DNA of 64,000 nt from Squalus acanthias (Eukaryota), in assembly GCA_030390025.1 (NCBI GenBank), contig CM059431.1, positions 124,188,001 through 124,252,000 of the forward strand, written 5' to 3'. A program made the translations under genes and the position numbers. Below the pieces are notes generated by a model. That model worked only from the letters and a program-made list of their open reading frames with translations. It ran no database searches and was not told where the DNA came from. Position 1 is the first letter of the stretch, and every line of letters starts with the position of its first letter. This document shows positions 49,063-62,428 of this stretch, in pieces.

Positions 49063-51208
49063 TGTGAAGGAATAAGCCATATTACCTATTCAGAAAAATA
49101 CACCATTCTATGAAAGAATTCTGGCCTTATTAAAACATGACAAACTGGGTTTGGAAATCTGGAAACCTAACTGAGAAAGCTATAGTAGCATTCTGGCAAT
49201 AGAGGTAAGATAGTTTTTGACACTGAATCAATAACCTTATTGAAACAGAAGGATAAATGCTTCTGACAGTCTGAACCTTTCATAAGAACATAAGAACATA
49301 AGAAATAGGAGCAGGAGTAGGCCAATCGGCCCCTCGAGCCTGCTCCGCCATTCAATAAGATCATGGCTGATCTGATCCTAACCGCCAATCTACTATCTAT
49401 CACAGAACCATCTCCTGCATCTAACAGAATTGCACACACGAAATAGGAGCAGAATCAGGCTACACGGTCCCTGGGCCCGCTCCACTACCCACAGGGCCAT
49501 GACCGATCCGAACCTAGACTCATGTCCAAATTCCTGCCCGCTCCCCGTAACCCTTAATGCCCTTTACTTCTAGGAAACTGTCTATTTCTGTTTTAAATTT
49601 AATTAATGTTGTAGCTTCTACAGCTTTTTGTGGCAGCATATTCCATGGACCTACCACCCTCTGAGTGAAGTAGTTCCTCCTCATCTCAGTTTTGAAAGAG
49701 CAGCCCCTTATTCTAAGACTATGTCCCCTAGTTCTCGTCTCACCCGTCATCGGGAACATCCTCCCCGCATCCACCCGATCCAACCCCTTCACAATCTTAT
49801 ATGTTTCAATAAGATCGCCTCTCATTCTTCTGAACTCCAATGAGTAGAGTCCCAATCTACCCAACCTCTCCTCATATGACCACCCCCTCATCCCCGGGAT
49901 TAACCAAGTGAACCTTTTTTGCACTGCCTCGAGAGCAAGGATGTCTTTCCTTAAGTAAGGACACCAAAACTGTATGCAGTATTCCAGGTGCGGTCTCACC
50001 AATACCTTGTACAACTGAAGCAATACCTCCCTATTTTTATATTCTATCCCCCTAGCAATGAAAGCCAACATTCCATTTGCCTTCTTAATCACTTGCTGCA
50101 CCTGCATACTAACCTTTTGAGTTTCGTGCACCAGGACCCCCAGATCCCTTTGCACTTCAGTACTCTCCAGTTTCTTGCCATTAAGATAATAAATTGCTCT
50201 AGGATTTTTCCTGCCAAAGTGCATCACCTCACACTTTCCAGTGTTGTATTCCATCTGCCAAATCTCTGCCCACTTACTTAGCCTGTCTATGTCGGAACAA
50301 AACAAAAGATCACCCTGGTTAAGGTGTTCTAATTTACACTTCGTAAAGAGGCACAAACAGAAGGCCTTAGTAAAAATGACATCAAATGAAATGCACCTGC
50401 TGTTACACCATTTTTTTATGGTAAGCTTCGAACACCTAGAGGAGAGACATGAGTCTGTATTGCTACCAGCTGAGATGACTAAGAATTGCAGAAGTCAGCA
50501 GAAAAATGAATAGACATAATTAGCTTACATCAGCAGAAAACCTTAAAGGGAATACCACTGGAAAAGGGTATAAATATTGAGCTCTTAAATGGGATAATAG
50601 ATTTGCTGTAAAGGGGCAAAGCGATTCTCAGGCTTCAGAGGTGGCTCTGTAAGTCTACAACTCTTTGTACCATGGGGATCAAGGTACTGTATTTGATTTT
50701 GGTGGATATCCTGAATAAGAGTAAGAACTGTAAAACTGTAGCGAAGTTAAGATTTGAGAATAGGATCTCTGATAATAAGATGGTAAAGCTTTCTCTTTTT
50801 GGAACTGTTAATGTTGCGATTGAATCACCAACTGTAAATTACATGTCGGTTCTTTAATAAATCTATATATTTTTTGAATTGTCTCACATAATACTTCTGT
50901 ATCAAACTCGTGAACTCAATTTCTGTACACTCTTTGGTGAGGAGTTGCAGAATTCTGGGGGAGTTTTCCGGACCCTCATAATATTCGGAATGTTACAGTC
51001 CAGCTAAACTTATTAAAAGTGCTATCTGGAGGATGGTAACATTTTCAGGTTGTTCCTCTCCTTTAGGGAGAGATAGTCCAGACCTTTAGACCCAATTAAG
51101 CGTCTTTAGGATTCGGCTACCTCAAACTTTAGTTGAAAGTGAACGTCTGAGGAATACGCCTGATCCGGGGTAGCCCTAAAGGGGCTAGGACTAGTAATTA
51201 TCCCTTCA
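49063..51208 (+). mobile_element. Solo-LTR-like element, family B, containing a CR1 insertion
   Basis: TG...CA termini; flanked by CCCC on both sides; termini are reverse complements of 20251-21698; AATAAA at ~50856. Confidence 0.85.
49281..50293 (-). mobile_element. CR1 LINE 3' fragment
   Basis: ORF 49520-50356 (WQMEYNTGKC, LVRPHLEYC, RRMRGDLIE); (CATAAGAA)n tail at 49281-49303. Confidence 0.95.
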
Positions 51209-51664
51209 CCCCGATGCTCCTCTGGCCAGCCCCGATCCTCTCTCCACCCGTCCCTGCCATGCTCCTCCAACCCGCCTCGATCCTCCGGCCCCAATCCGCA
51301 CCCCCTGATGCTCTTCCGGCCCTGACCACCCCCACCCGCTCCCTCCCTCCCTCCTCTCTGCAGCCTAGTGCTGCAGGCCTACCCACCTGCAGTCAGCCAG
51401 CCTCTCCATCAGGCTGGCTGCGGGTAGGAAACAGAGCTTTGAAATGCTAATCAGGCCCTACCATTAAATTCGGCATAATTCAGCATAATTTCTAGCCCCC
51501 CAAGCTCGTTACCCACCTCCAGATTAAAATTCCGGATGATGTGATTTAAAATCCCCTCTCTGAAAGGCTGAAATCATAATGTGGAAAATGTTTTGGCAAT
51601 ATCAAACCAATTCCTGTTGGGTGTGAGTCCATAGCATAAAACTGCCTGATTTTTGGCACTACTC

Positions 51665-52125
51665 AAAGACTTGCATTTATATGGCGCCTTTCACGACCAC
51701 CAGACCTCCCAAAGTGCTTTTACAGGCAATGAAATACTTTTATTTTGAAGTGTAGTCACTGTTGTAATGTAGGAAACGTGGCAGCCATTTTGCACACAGC
51801 AAGCTCCCACAAACAGCAATAATGACCAGATAATCTGTTTCAGTGATGTTGATTGAAGGATAAATATTGGCCTGGAAATTGGGGATAACTCCCCTGCACT
51901 TCTTCAAAATAGTGCCATAGGATCTTTAACGTCCACCTGAGAAAGCAGACAGGGCCTCGGTTTACCACCTCATCTGAAAGACAGCATTTCCGACAGTGCA
52001 GCCCTCCCTCAGTACGGCATTGGAGTGTCAGCCAAATTTTTGTGATTAAGTCTCTGGAGTGGGACTATGAAGAACCCACAACCTTCTGACTCAGAGGCGA
52101 GGGTGCTACCCACTGAACCACGGCT
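51665..52125 (-). mobile_element. tRNA-derived Deu-domain SINE, full length
   Basis: Reverse complement of the 31953-32415 family over its whole length. Confidence 0.88.
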
Positions 52126-52612
52126 GTCATTATGATTAAAGTGAGAAGCAGAAATGTCACACAACATAGTGGAGGGTGTTTTTTCTGAGGCTGGAACTAA
52201 GCCACAAAGTTTCAGTAGAGCAGAGGAAGCTTCACTCTGTAAGAGGCTTGTGTGGTGTTTAACCTATAAGTGCTCTTGATGCTAATAATGCAAACAAAAA
52301 CTAGGTGGTAGCTCTTGACTTTGTGCGATGGCGTAAAACAAGCGAGAGAGATAAAATGGTGATCCCATTGAAGTGATTGGAAATAAAGATTGGGAGAGAT
52401 GTATTGCACAAAGACAAGATCTACCACTAAGATGTTCCATTTTGCAGCAGTGAAATCATGTCGTTGATAAGAACAAAATGAATTTCCCCTGCCAAAAATA
52501 ACTCAGGTGTTTTGACAATATGCAACTTACTTTGGAGTAGCTTTCCGTCTTCACCATCCAGGCAGTGATCTAGTGGAGTGGATCGCCCAACAGTTACAGA
52601 ACCTTTCACTTT

Positions 52613-52802
52613 TGGGACTTAAATTTGAATCCGTGTTCAAACCGCATGCGCCCCTAGGATACGTGGGCCTCTGCGCATTTCGAAGAGGAGAGTCCCAGGA
52701 ACTGAAGCCTCAGTATCTACGGAGCCAACAGTTAGGTTCGTTGAATTTTTTCTGATCGGAGGCATCCGCCCGCAGGAAGCCTCCGATCAGAAATTCAGGG
52801 CC
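52613..52802. mobile_element. Short MITE-like element
   Basis: Imperfect termini GGGACTTAAATTT / AAATTCAGGGCC; internal hairpin TCTGATCGGAGGC / GCCTCCGATCAGA. Confidence 0.45.
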
Positions 52803-52869
52803 AATGTTTAAAATCGGTGCTCACAATGCCGTCTCCTCTACATTGGGGAGACCAAACGCAGATTGGGTA

Positions 52870-54305
52870 ATCGCTTTGCTGATCATCTCCATTCAGTCCA
52901 CAAGTGTGACCCTGAGCTTCCAGTCGCTTGCCATTTTAATTCTCCGCTCCACTCCCACTCTGACCTCTCTATCCTTGGTGGGAGGCTGCTGACCAGTGCC
53001 CAGTGTCTCACCACATGAAGATCCCGCCTCTAATCTATCCTCTAAGATATGCACAGTGTCAGTATCTGAGCTGGTGGCTGCAAGTATGAAATCAAGTGAT
53101 GGTGCTGGTCTTCATCATCACTCTCTTCTTGGTGTTCCTCCACAGCCTAGCCAAGTTACTCCTCTTGGGTATTTGAATAGAAAAAGGCAGAAGGGTAAGA
53201 TTGTGGTGTGGTGTGGTGGGGGTGGGGGGGGGGCAATAAAAGGCACATGCTTATACCATCTGCAATTTGTAAGTCAGAAGAGAGTGTGGGATGATGGGGA
53301 AGTGGGATGTGAGATGGAGGATTAGGTATTAGGTTACCGACATCTTCGATGGTTTCAGCCCCGCCGCTGGCCACGGCCTCAGCAATGGCCATCCCAATAA
53401 TGGCCAGCACCATCTCCTCCATGGGGGTTAGGACATGCAGACACACCTGTCCCCCTCTTGTTAGCTCCTGCTGCCTCCAGTTGTGTGCCACTTTGTCCTG
53501 CAAGAGAGATGGAAGTGTATCAGTGAGTGTCATGCAATATGTTTAGCTGATGTGGCTGTTATGGTTGAATAGCTGGCAGTGTGTGCAAACTGTGAGGTGT
53601 GGGTGTGACGTGAAGCTGTGAATGTGAGGTATAAGTTCTGATTGATAGAGATTGTTGGTAGGTGAGTGATGGGGGTGTGGTGATTTGAGCAGTGGCTGAG
53701 GCTACTGGTGCAGTTGATAGGATATGTCATTTGAAGATGCAGTCACTGGCCTTGACCACTCGTGTGAAGTCATTGAACTTCTTGCGATACTGCATCCAGG
53801 ACATCGGGGCTTGACTCTGGCATTACCTCCATGGCTATCTGCTCCCACTGCCTTTTGATCATGTGTCTGGAGGGCCTCCTTCCCCCTGCAGATACAGGAC
53901 ATCTCTCTTCCTTTCCGCCTCCTCCACCAAGACCGCCAGTGCAGTGTCTGAAAACCTTTGACCCAGCTCTCTCCCCTGTTGTGCCATTCCTTACTTTTTC
54001 CCAGATCCTATTTTCTTCAACCACGACTCCCAGCATCTGCTCCAGCCACAATGCACCTCACATTTAAGGGGTGCAGGCTAGCTTTAAGCAGTGCAGGCTA
54101 GCTTTAAGTGGTGCTAGCCACTCTCGATATTGGCCCTCGCAGATGCGTCCAGCCAATGAACAGTGCGGTTAGTGCCAGCTGGATGCAGAGATCATTCAAA
54201 TGAGCAGGCAGCATAAAGTTGCCGTGCTGCCTGTATTGCAATCAACAGGCGTTGGTTAATCGCACATCGCGATCCCACACCTATTTTCAGGAGGCTATCC
54301 AATTC
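52870..54305 (-). mobile_element. Decayed Harbinger fragment with Myb/SANT exons
   Basis: LQDKVAHNWRQQELTRGG...LTPMEE parallels exon 2 of the 37219 element; exon-1 remnant at ~53745-53985. Confidence 0.75.
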
Positions 54306-56960
54306 ACAATTGTGTCTATTGGGGCATAGTTTATCAGTGACTTTATAGAACGGGGTTAGTGTATAGTTGTTTACGTAGTCAAACAGAGGCAAGAAAATGG
54401 AATATGTTTTATACATTTCTGAAGACAGCAAAGAGTGGACCCATTTTACAACATTTATAGAACAATATGACAGAAATTATGTTTAATATGCAAAGCAAGC
54501 CAATAATCTGTTTAACACCTCTTGGAGCTGTAAGTAAAAGTGCAGAATTTTCTTCTGAAAGTTAAAATGTAACCTTTTGTAAAATATTTGCATTGATGCA
54601 GACTAGAAATACTTAGGGTGCTATTGAAACAGCCTTTGTTGAGGTGTAAAAAGTCTTCTTTTTTCCTATATAGTCACACTTTCCTATGAAGTGAGCAATT
54701 TACAGAAAAGTTATTTTTCTGAAAAGATCTGTAAAAGCTTTGTGAGTAGGGGTCCCCATGGCCAGATTTTCAAACGTTGGTTTCAATGCCAAACGTTGAA
54801 ATGTAATGCTTTTGATACTTTTGATATTTCTCTTATCGGAGATTGGGCTTTCCACATAGCCTTGTTACTATGCCTTCTTAACCAGGGAGGTTAGCATATC
54901 TGCCCAGTCCACCTAATTAGTCACAGCATTCCTCATGCACTGAGGAGCTAGGTGTCTCTCTATCACTCTGGATACAAGGTGATACTCTGTAAGCAGAGAG
55001 GACCAAGGGATGCAGCATGCCCCCAGTCAGAGCTACTACCTCTTCTGCTTAACACTTAGAAGAGGCATTGTGAAATTTTTAATAAAATTGTGAATTTGGG
55101 GAAATATCGATCGCCATGTCAAAAATCTATAAATGCTAAATCACATAGAAACATGTCATCAAAATGTACTATGAGGAAAATAAAAGGTGATTGGTGTTTC
55201 AATGCACTATGCGACAGAGTGATAGAATGTGGTTCTATTCCATCTTTCTCCAGATAGTGAGTTTGCAGTTTCAAATGTTTGTTGACAGTTTGTTCGGTCT
55301 AATGATGATCAAATTCATTGTAATGTGAAGTGGCTCACAGTGGCTGAGAAAGCTGTAGCTGAATGATGCTACCCTGCGTATAGTAAAGATAACCCAAAAT
55401 ATAGTATTACCCCTAAATACAAAGGAACCTTTTGAGCAATGGACAAATGAAAGGCAGTGAATCAAGTTTTGTACAAAGTGTTTGAATACTTCAAATCAAT
55501 CCTGAGAAGATCAACTTCTAGTTAAGATCAAATTATTACATTTATCACATCATTTCTATTAATTTAAAAGCAAAATGTCAGAGTTAAAATCAACTCTATT
55601 TAGACAAATCATTAAAACAGTGTTACTGTAGCTTTAGGCTTAGAAACAGGATGGCACAGTTGTTACTGTCTTTTACTTTTTGGATTAAAACTGATAAGAC
55701 AATGAAACTCTCCTTTCTGACTGTTATTAGGATCCTAAGTGAAATAAGTTTGTCTCTACACACAATCCAGTTCCTACTTCTAGTTTGATTTGAAAAGAAT
55801 ATACCTATTAGAAGCATGAATAAACATAGTAACATACTGACAAATAATAGTACAGCAGACATTCAATACTAATGCATTAGCATAAAACGCTACCCAATTC
55901 CACATAATACTTACCATCTTACCCATTTGTTTGAAGTAAAGCCTGAGATTGGCCTAATTATGGAGTACCACACCGTTAATAAACTCCTTTCACTGAATAT
56001 TTTGATCAGCCTATTACTCATTTGGATTAGAAGGAAGAACAGTCTATATATAGAGCTCATTATGCAAAACAAAGTAAAGAAAAGCTGGTACTAAGAAGAA
56101 CTTTGGCAAGTGAACACAGACACAGTGTAGTATAGTCATATCAGATTACATCTAATCATAGGTACATTTGCACCAATTGATTGGGGGGTGGGGATTAATC
56201 TTTGTAACTCGACAGGCAGCAGACATTATACAGAATTATGATGTTCCTTCATTGATTGTACTTTAATGGATACTTGTCTACTTCCCATTATGAATTCAGC
56301 ATATAAATGGCACATTTTGCCTCTAACTGCATAATCATAGGGCCAGAATTTGCTGAAAAAATAATGGTATGTGAACGACACATGCCATTACTAATGTGCA
56401 AATCGGCCAGCAAGTTGTGGCGAGGAAGAGATACCCCATGAATTGCGAATTATCACAAGTTGTTGGACGATTTACGCCACTCTGCTATTAGCTTTGCAAA
56501 AATAGCATCTCATTCTTAACCGCCTCATGAGTTTCATGAAGTTGTTGCAATTGCGTGGAATGGGCAGACAGTCGCCAGTTTTCTATCCAGTGGCAAAAGT
56601 TAAAATATACTTGTCCTCTTTAGAGTTGCAGTTCATCATTAAACCAAGCCAAAATCTATGGCAGCAAATTAAAATCAATATGATTGAAGTCAAGATAGTG
56701 CATACCCAGTTGTTTAAATGTTGCCAGTAGTGTCCGAATCCAACACATGGTATAAATGATCCAAATTTGAAAAACAGGCAACCTCACCATATTGTGGAAA
56801 CAGAAATACCGGCTTGCTCTTCATAAATAATGAGTTATCTTAGCCTGCAATTAATGCTCTTTAGACAAATTCACAGCAATTATGCATACAGCAAGACATT
56901 ACAAACCGGCCCATTACAGGAATGGCATTACGATTATGCACTGCTTCCAATCAGAGACTG

Positions 56961-59900
56961 AGGGCTGAATTTTGCCAGCCCTCAGAGGGTGGGTTCGGAG
57001 GCGGGTCCGCTGTCAAAATGGCAGTGATTGACAGCGGGGTGGAAGTCCGCTCTGAACCCGCCTCCTTGTTAATTTCCCAAGTGCCGGTTCTGCCTGCGGT
57101 TTGCAGACCCGGCACTAAGCGACGGGTCAGGCAATTGAGATACTTAAGAAACTGCTTAAAGGTATTGAGGTAGCATTTTACCGGGTCCTAACGATTTGTC
57201 CATGGATTTTACAAGGTTTTCGGTGCTCAGGGATCACGTCAGGTACGTGTGTCGGGTTCTCAATGACTCTCCATTGCTGTGAATAGTTGACAGCTACAAA
57301 AGTGGTATAAAAGCTATCATGCAGGGCATTCTGGAGGGGGAGGGTGAACAGCCAGTTGTCGTGGTGCATATAGGTACCAACGATATAGGTAAAAAACGTG
57401 ATGAGGTCCTAAAAGCTGAATATAGGGAGTTAGGAGGTAAATTAAAAAATAGGACCTCAAAGGTAGTAATCTCAGAGTAGAAACAGAAGGATATTTCAGA
57501 TGAATACGTGGCTAGAGGAATGGTGCAAGGGGGAGGGATTCAAATTCCTGGGACATTGAAACCGGTTCTGGGGGAGGTGGGACCAGTACAAACTGGACGG
57601 TTTGCACCTGGGTAGGACCGGGACCGATGTCCTAGGGGGAGTGTTTACTAGTGCTGTTGGGGAGGGTTTAAACTAAAATGGCAGGGGGTTGGGAACCTGT
57701 GCAGGGAAACAGAGGAAAGGGAAGCAAGGATAGAAGCAAAAGACAGGAAGGAGAAAAGCAAAAGTGGAAGGCAGAGAAATCAAGGGTGTAAATCAAACAG
57801 GGCTACAGTAAATAATAATTCTAAAAGGACTAAGAGTGTTAAAAAATCAAGCCTGAAGGCCTTGTGTCTTAATGCGAGGAGCATTCGTAATAAGGTGGAT
57901 AAATTAGCTATGCAAATAGATGTAAACGGATATGATATAATTGGGATTACGGAGACATGGCTCCAGGGTTGCCAAGGCTGGGAATTCAACATCCAGGGTA
58001 TTCAATATTCAGGAAGGACAGACAAAAAGGAAAAGGAGGTGGGGTAGCATTGCTGGTTAAAGAGGAGATTAACACAATAGTAAAGAAGGATATTAGCTCT
58101 GATGATGTGGAATCTGTATGGGTAGAGCTGAGAAATACCAAGGGGCAGAAAACGTTAGTGGGAGTTGTATACAGACCCCCAAACAGTAATGCTGAGGTTG
58201 GGGATGGCATTAAATGGGAAATTAGAGATGCGTGCAATAAGGGCACAGCATTTATCATGGGTGACTTTAATCTACATATAGATTGGGCTAACCAAATTAG
58301 TAACAATACTGTGGAGGAGGAATTCCTAGAGTTTATACGGGATGGTTTCCTGGACCAATATGTTGAGGAACCAATTGGAGATCAGGCCATCTTAGACTGG
58401 GTATTATGTAATGAGAAGGATTAATTAGCAATCTTGTTGTGCGAGGCCCCTTGGGGAGGAGCGATCAAAATATGATAGAATTCTTCATTAAGATGGAGAG
58501 TGAAGTAGTTGACTCAGAGACTAGGGTCCTGAATTTAAATAAAGGAAACTATGATGGTATGAGGCGTGAGTTGGCTAGGATGGATTGGGGAGCGTTACTT
58601 AAAGGGTTGACGGTGGATAGGCAATGGCAAACATTTAAAGATCGCATGGATGAACTACAGAATTTGTTCATCACTCTTTGGCATAAAAATAAAACAAAAA
58701 AGGTGACTCAACCGTGGCTAACAAGGGAAATTAGGGATAGCATAAGATCCAAGGAGAGGGCATATAAATTGGCCAGAAAAAGCAGCAAACCTGAGGATTG
58801 GGAGCAGTTTAGGATTCAGCAAAGGAGGACAAAGGGATTAATTAAGAGGGGGAAAATAGAATATGAAAGTAAGCCTGCAGGGAACATAAAAACTGACTGT
58901 AAAAGCTTCTATAGATATGTGAAGAGAAAAAGATTGGTGAAGTCAAGCATAGGTCCCTTGCAGTCAGAATCAGGGGAATTTATAATGGAGAACAAAGAAA
59001 TGGCAGACCAATTAAATACATACTTTGGTTCTGTCTTCACAAAGGAGGACACAAATAAACTCCCAGAGATGTCGGGGAACATATGGTCTAATGAGAGGGA
59101 GGAATTGAATGAAATCAGTATTTGTAGGGAAATGGTGTTAGGGAAATTGAAGGGATTGAAGGCCGATAAATCCCAGGGCCTGATAATCTACATCCTAGGG
59201 TACTTAAGGAAGTGGCCCTAGAAATAGTAGATGCATTGCTGGTCATCTTTCAAAATTCTATAGACTCTGGAACAGTTCCCATGGATTGGAGGGTAGCTAA
59301 TGTAACCCCACTATTTAAAAAAGGTGGCAGAGAAAAAACGGGGAATTATAAACCTGACATCGGTAGTGGGCAAAATTCTAGAGTCCATTATAAAAGATGT
59401 AATAGCAGAGCACTTGGAAAACAGTGAGAGGATCGGACAAAGTCAACATGGATTTACAAAAGGTAAATCATGCCTGACAAATCTACGGGAATTTTTTGAG
59501 GATGTAACTGGTAGAATAGATAAGGGAGAACCAGTGGATGTGGTGTATTTGGACTTTCAGAAGGCTTACGATAAGTTCCCGCATAAGAGATTAGTGTGCA
59601 AAGTTAAAGCACATGGGATTGGGGGTAAGGTACTGATTTGGATAGAGAACTGGTTGGCAGACAGGAAGCAAAGAGTTGGAATAAATGGGTCTTTTTCCGA
59701 GTGGCAGGCAGTGACTAGTGGGGTACTGCAGGGATCGGTGCTAGGACCCCAGCTATTCACAATATATATTAATGATCTAGACGAGGGAACTAGATGTAAT
59801 ATCTCTAAGTTTGCAGATGACACAAAGCTGGGTGGGTGTGTGTGCTGTGAGGAGGATGCAGAGAAACTCCAGTATGATTTGGACAGGTTGGATGATTGGG

Positions 59901-61905
59901 CAGATGCATGGCAGATGCAGTATAATGTGGATAAATGTGAGGTTATCCACTTTGGTGGCAAAAACAGGAAGACAGATTATTATCTGAATGGCAATAGATT
60001 GGGAAAAGGGGAAGTGCAACGAGATCTGGGAGTCCTTGTGCACCAGTCGCTGAAGGTAAGCATGCAGGTGCAGCAGGCAGTTAAGAAAGCAAATGGTATG
60101 TTGGGCTTCATAGTGAGAGGATTCGAGTACAGGAGCAAGGATGTCTTGCTGCAGTTGTACAAGGCCTTGGTGAGACCACACCTTGAGTATTGTGTGCAGT
60201 TTTGGTCGCCTTATCTGAGGAAGGATGTTCTTGCCATGGAGGGAGTGCAGCGAAGATTTACCAGACTGATACCTGGGATGGCAGGAATGACGTATGAAGA
60301 GAGATTGTGTCGATTAGGCTTATATTCGCTAGAGTTTAGAAGAATGAGAGGGGATCTCATTGAAACTTATAAAATTCTAACAGGACTAGACAGACTAGAT
60401 GCAGGAAGGATGTTCCTGATGGCGGGGGAGTCCAGAACCAGAGGTCACTGTCTAAGGATAAGGGGTAAGCCATTTAGGACTGAGATAAGGAGGAATTTCT
60501 TCACCCAGAGAGTGGTGAACCTGTGGAATTCTCTACCACAGAAGGCAGTTGAGGCCAATTCATTAAATATATTCAAGAAGGAGATAGATATATTTCTTAA
60601 GGCTAAAGGGATCAAGGGATATGAGGAGAAAGCGGGGACAGGGTACTGAATTTGGATGATCAGCCATGATCTCATTAAATGGCGGAGCAGGCTCGAGGGG
60701 CCGAATGCCTACTCCTGCTCCTATCCTCTATGCTTCTATGCTTCTATTTCACAGCTGTTCAATTTCTAATCTTAGAAGCTGGAACCTTCAGGAGTTGGAA
60801 TACACTTTTCAGCTTTATGGAGTTTTGAAGTGTTTGGAGCAAACTCTCTATCCAGTGTAACTTCCCTGGAGCGATCTCTTTCACCATTGACAGATCACTT
60901 CTGTCATCTCAACTTCAGCTGCCATTTATTCCATCAGCATCAGTGCCCTTGAAAAAATCTCACCTTGTTCCTCAGAATCCCACCACAATCAGCCCCAACA
61001 CCAACATCACCCGACACACCAGCAGCACCAGGCACACCAGCAGCACCAACAACAGCACCAACCTTCTCCGCAATCACCTGATGCTGCACAGGACACAGGG
61101 CATCAGCACCCGAGCACATTGCTGCCTGGGAGGCCAGGGATGGCCTCACCATGGCCACATTTACTTCACTTGATGCTGTACACCCTGGTTGCCAAATGAT
61201 GTGCCAGGTTGGTACCACCCCACACCAACACCATAAAGAATCCCTACAATGGCCAAGGCATTCTTTTTACACTCATCACCATTGCAGGAGGTACCGTTAT
61301 GTCTCACCATTCACTGTAACTCACTAAGCCACTTCCAAAGGTGCTCACAAATCTGTCCAAGAACGCAAAGTGTTGAAAATAAAGGTTTCAATGTTTGACA
61401 CCACATAAACAGAAACTTCACATGAACATTGGCTAAAACACCCAAGTGCCTTCTCTTGTGTGTTGTTAGTTGGCATGATTGGACTAGGATGAGGGTGAGT
61501 GTGAGGGGTGGTTAGTGAGATGGGGAAGTGATAATGTGGATAGAGAGGGATGGGTGGAGGTGCAAGGTAAGTAAGGATGTGCAGGGAAGGCAAAGTAAGG
61601 GGGATGTGATGAGGGGCAGAGTGAGGGGGATGTGATGTAGATAGAGAGGGATGGGTGGAGGTGCAAGGTAAGTTGGTATGACTGAGGATGTGCAGGAGTA
61701 GGGTAGGGAAGGCAGAGTGATGGCGATGTGATGAGTGGCACAGCAGGATGAGGCTGAGTGTGGCTTTGCAGTAACATTTTGTTATCTACTGAGATAATTG
61801 AAAAGTTTGCGCCACTGCAGCCTGGTCCTCCTGACAACATCCCTGCTTGTGTCCTCCTGTGTAATGTGCAACCAGGCTGCGTTGGTCTCCTGGGGAGGTT
61901 TCTCA
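56961..61905. mobile_element. Non-autonomous Harbinger-derived element split by a CR1
   Basis: Left TIR GGGCTGAATTTT. Sequence either side of the CR1 joins to match ~19550-19620, and 60750-61900 matches the 19225-22453 copy. Confidence 0.8.
57319..60748 (+). mobile_element. CR1 LINE: end of ORF1 (SGNH esterase-like) plus frameshifted ORF2 (APE-RT)
   Basis: ORF1 PVVVVHIGTNDIG; APE NARSI, ITETW, MGDFN; RT QHGF, YLDFQKA, QGSVLGP, FADD; (TTCTATGC)n-like tail. Confidence 0.96.
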
Positions 61906-62428
61906 TTGACAAGCGTAGGCGGTCGTAGGTGCCCCGCAAGTTTTGGGTTTCCATGTGCAATGCACTTGCACGAAAACCCAGAACTTGTGATCTGTCATGT
62001 TTTAGCTTGACAGATCGTACGAAGCTGCAGGAAATGGACATTCGCTGGTGGAGAGTTGGGCAATTTGCCCAATTACTGCCTAGAGAATGCCCACAAAACT
62101 CTTACACCTGGTAAAAGCAGGCGTAAGGCCTATTTTTACCAGTGTAAGTGTTTAAATAAATATTAAATTAACATTTTTAAAATCATTTAAACATTCGAAA
62201 ACCTATAAAATTAGTTTAGGTTATTTTTGGCCCTTTAAAAAATGTTTAAATTTATTTTTAAAAAAATGAAATTTTTGTTTTAAATGTTTAATTAAATTGC
62301 ATTTTAATTAATTTTTAACATAGGATGATTTATTTTTATTTAAGTGGGGTGAAAGAGTATTTTTTATGTGATTCCTATTAAACTTATGGGGATTTCGTAA
62401 GTAAATGGAATCCCCATAACCTTAATGG

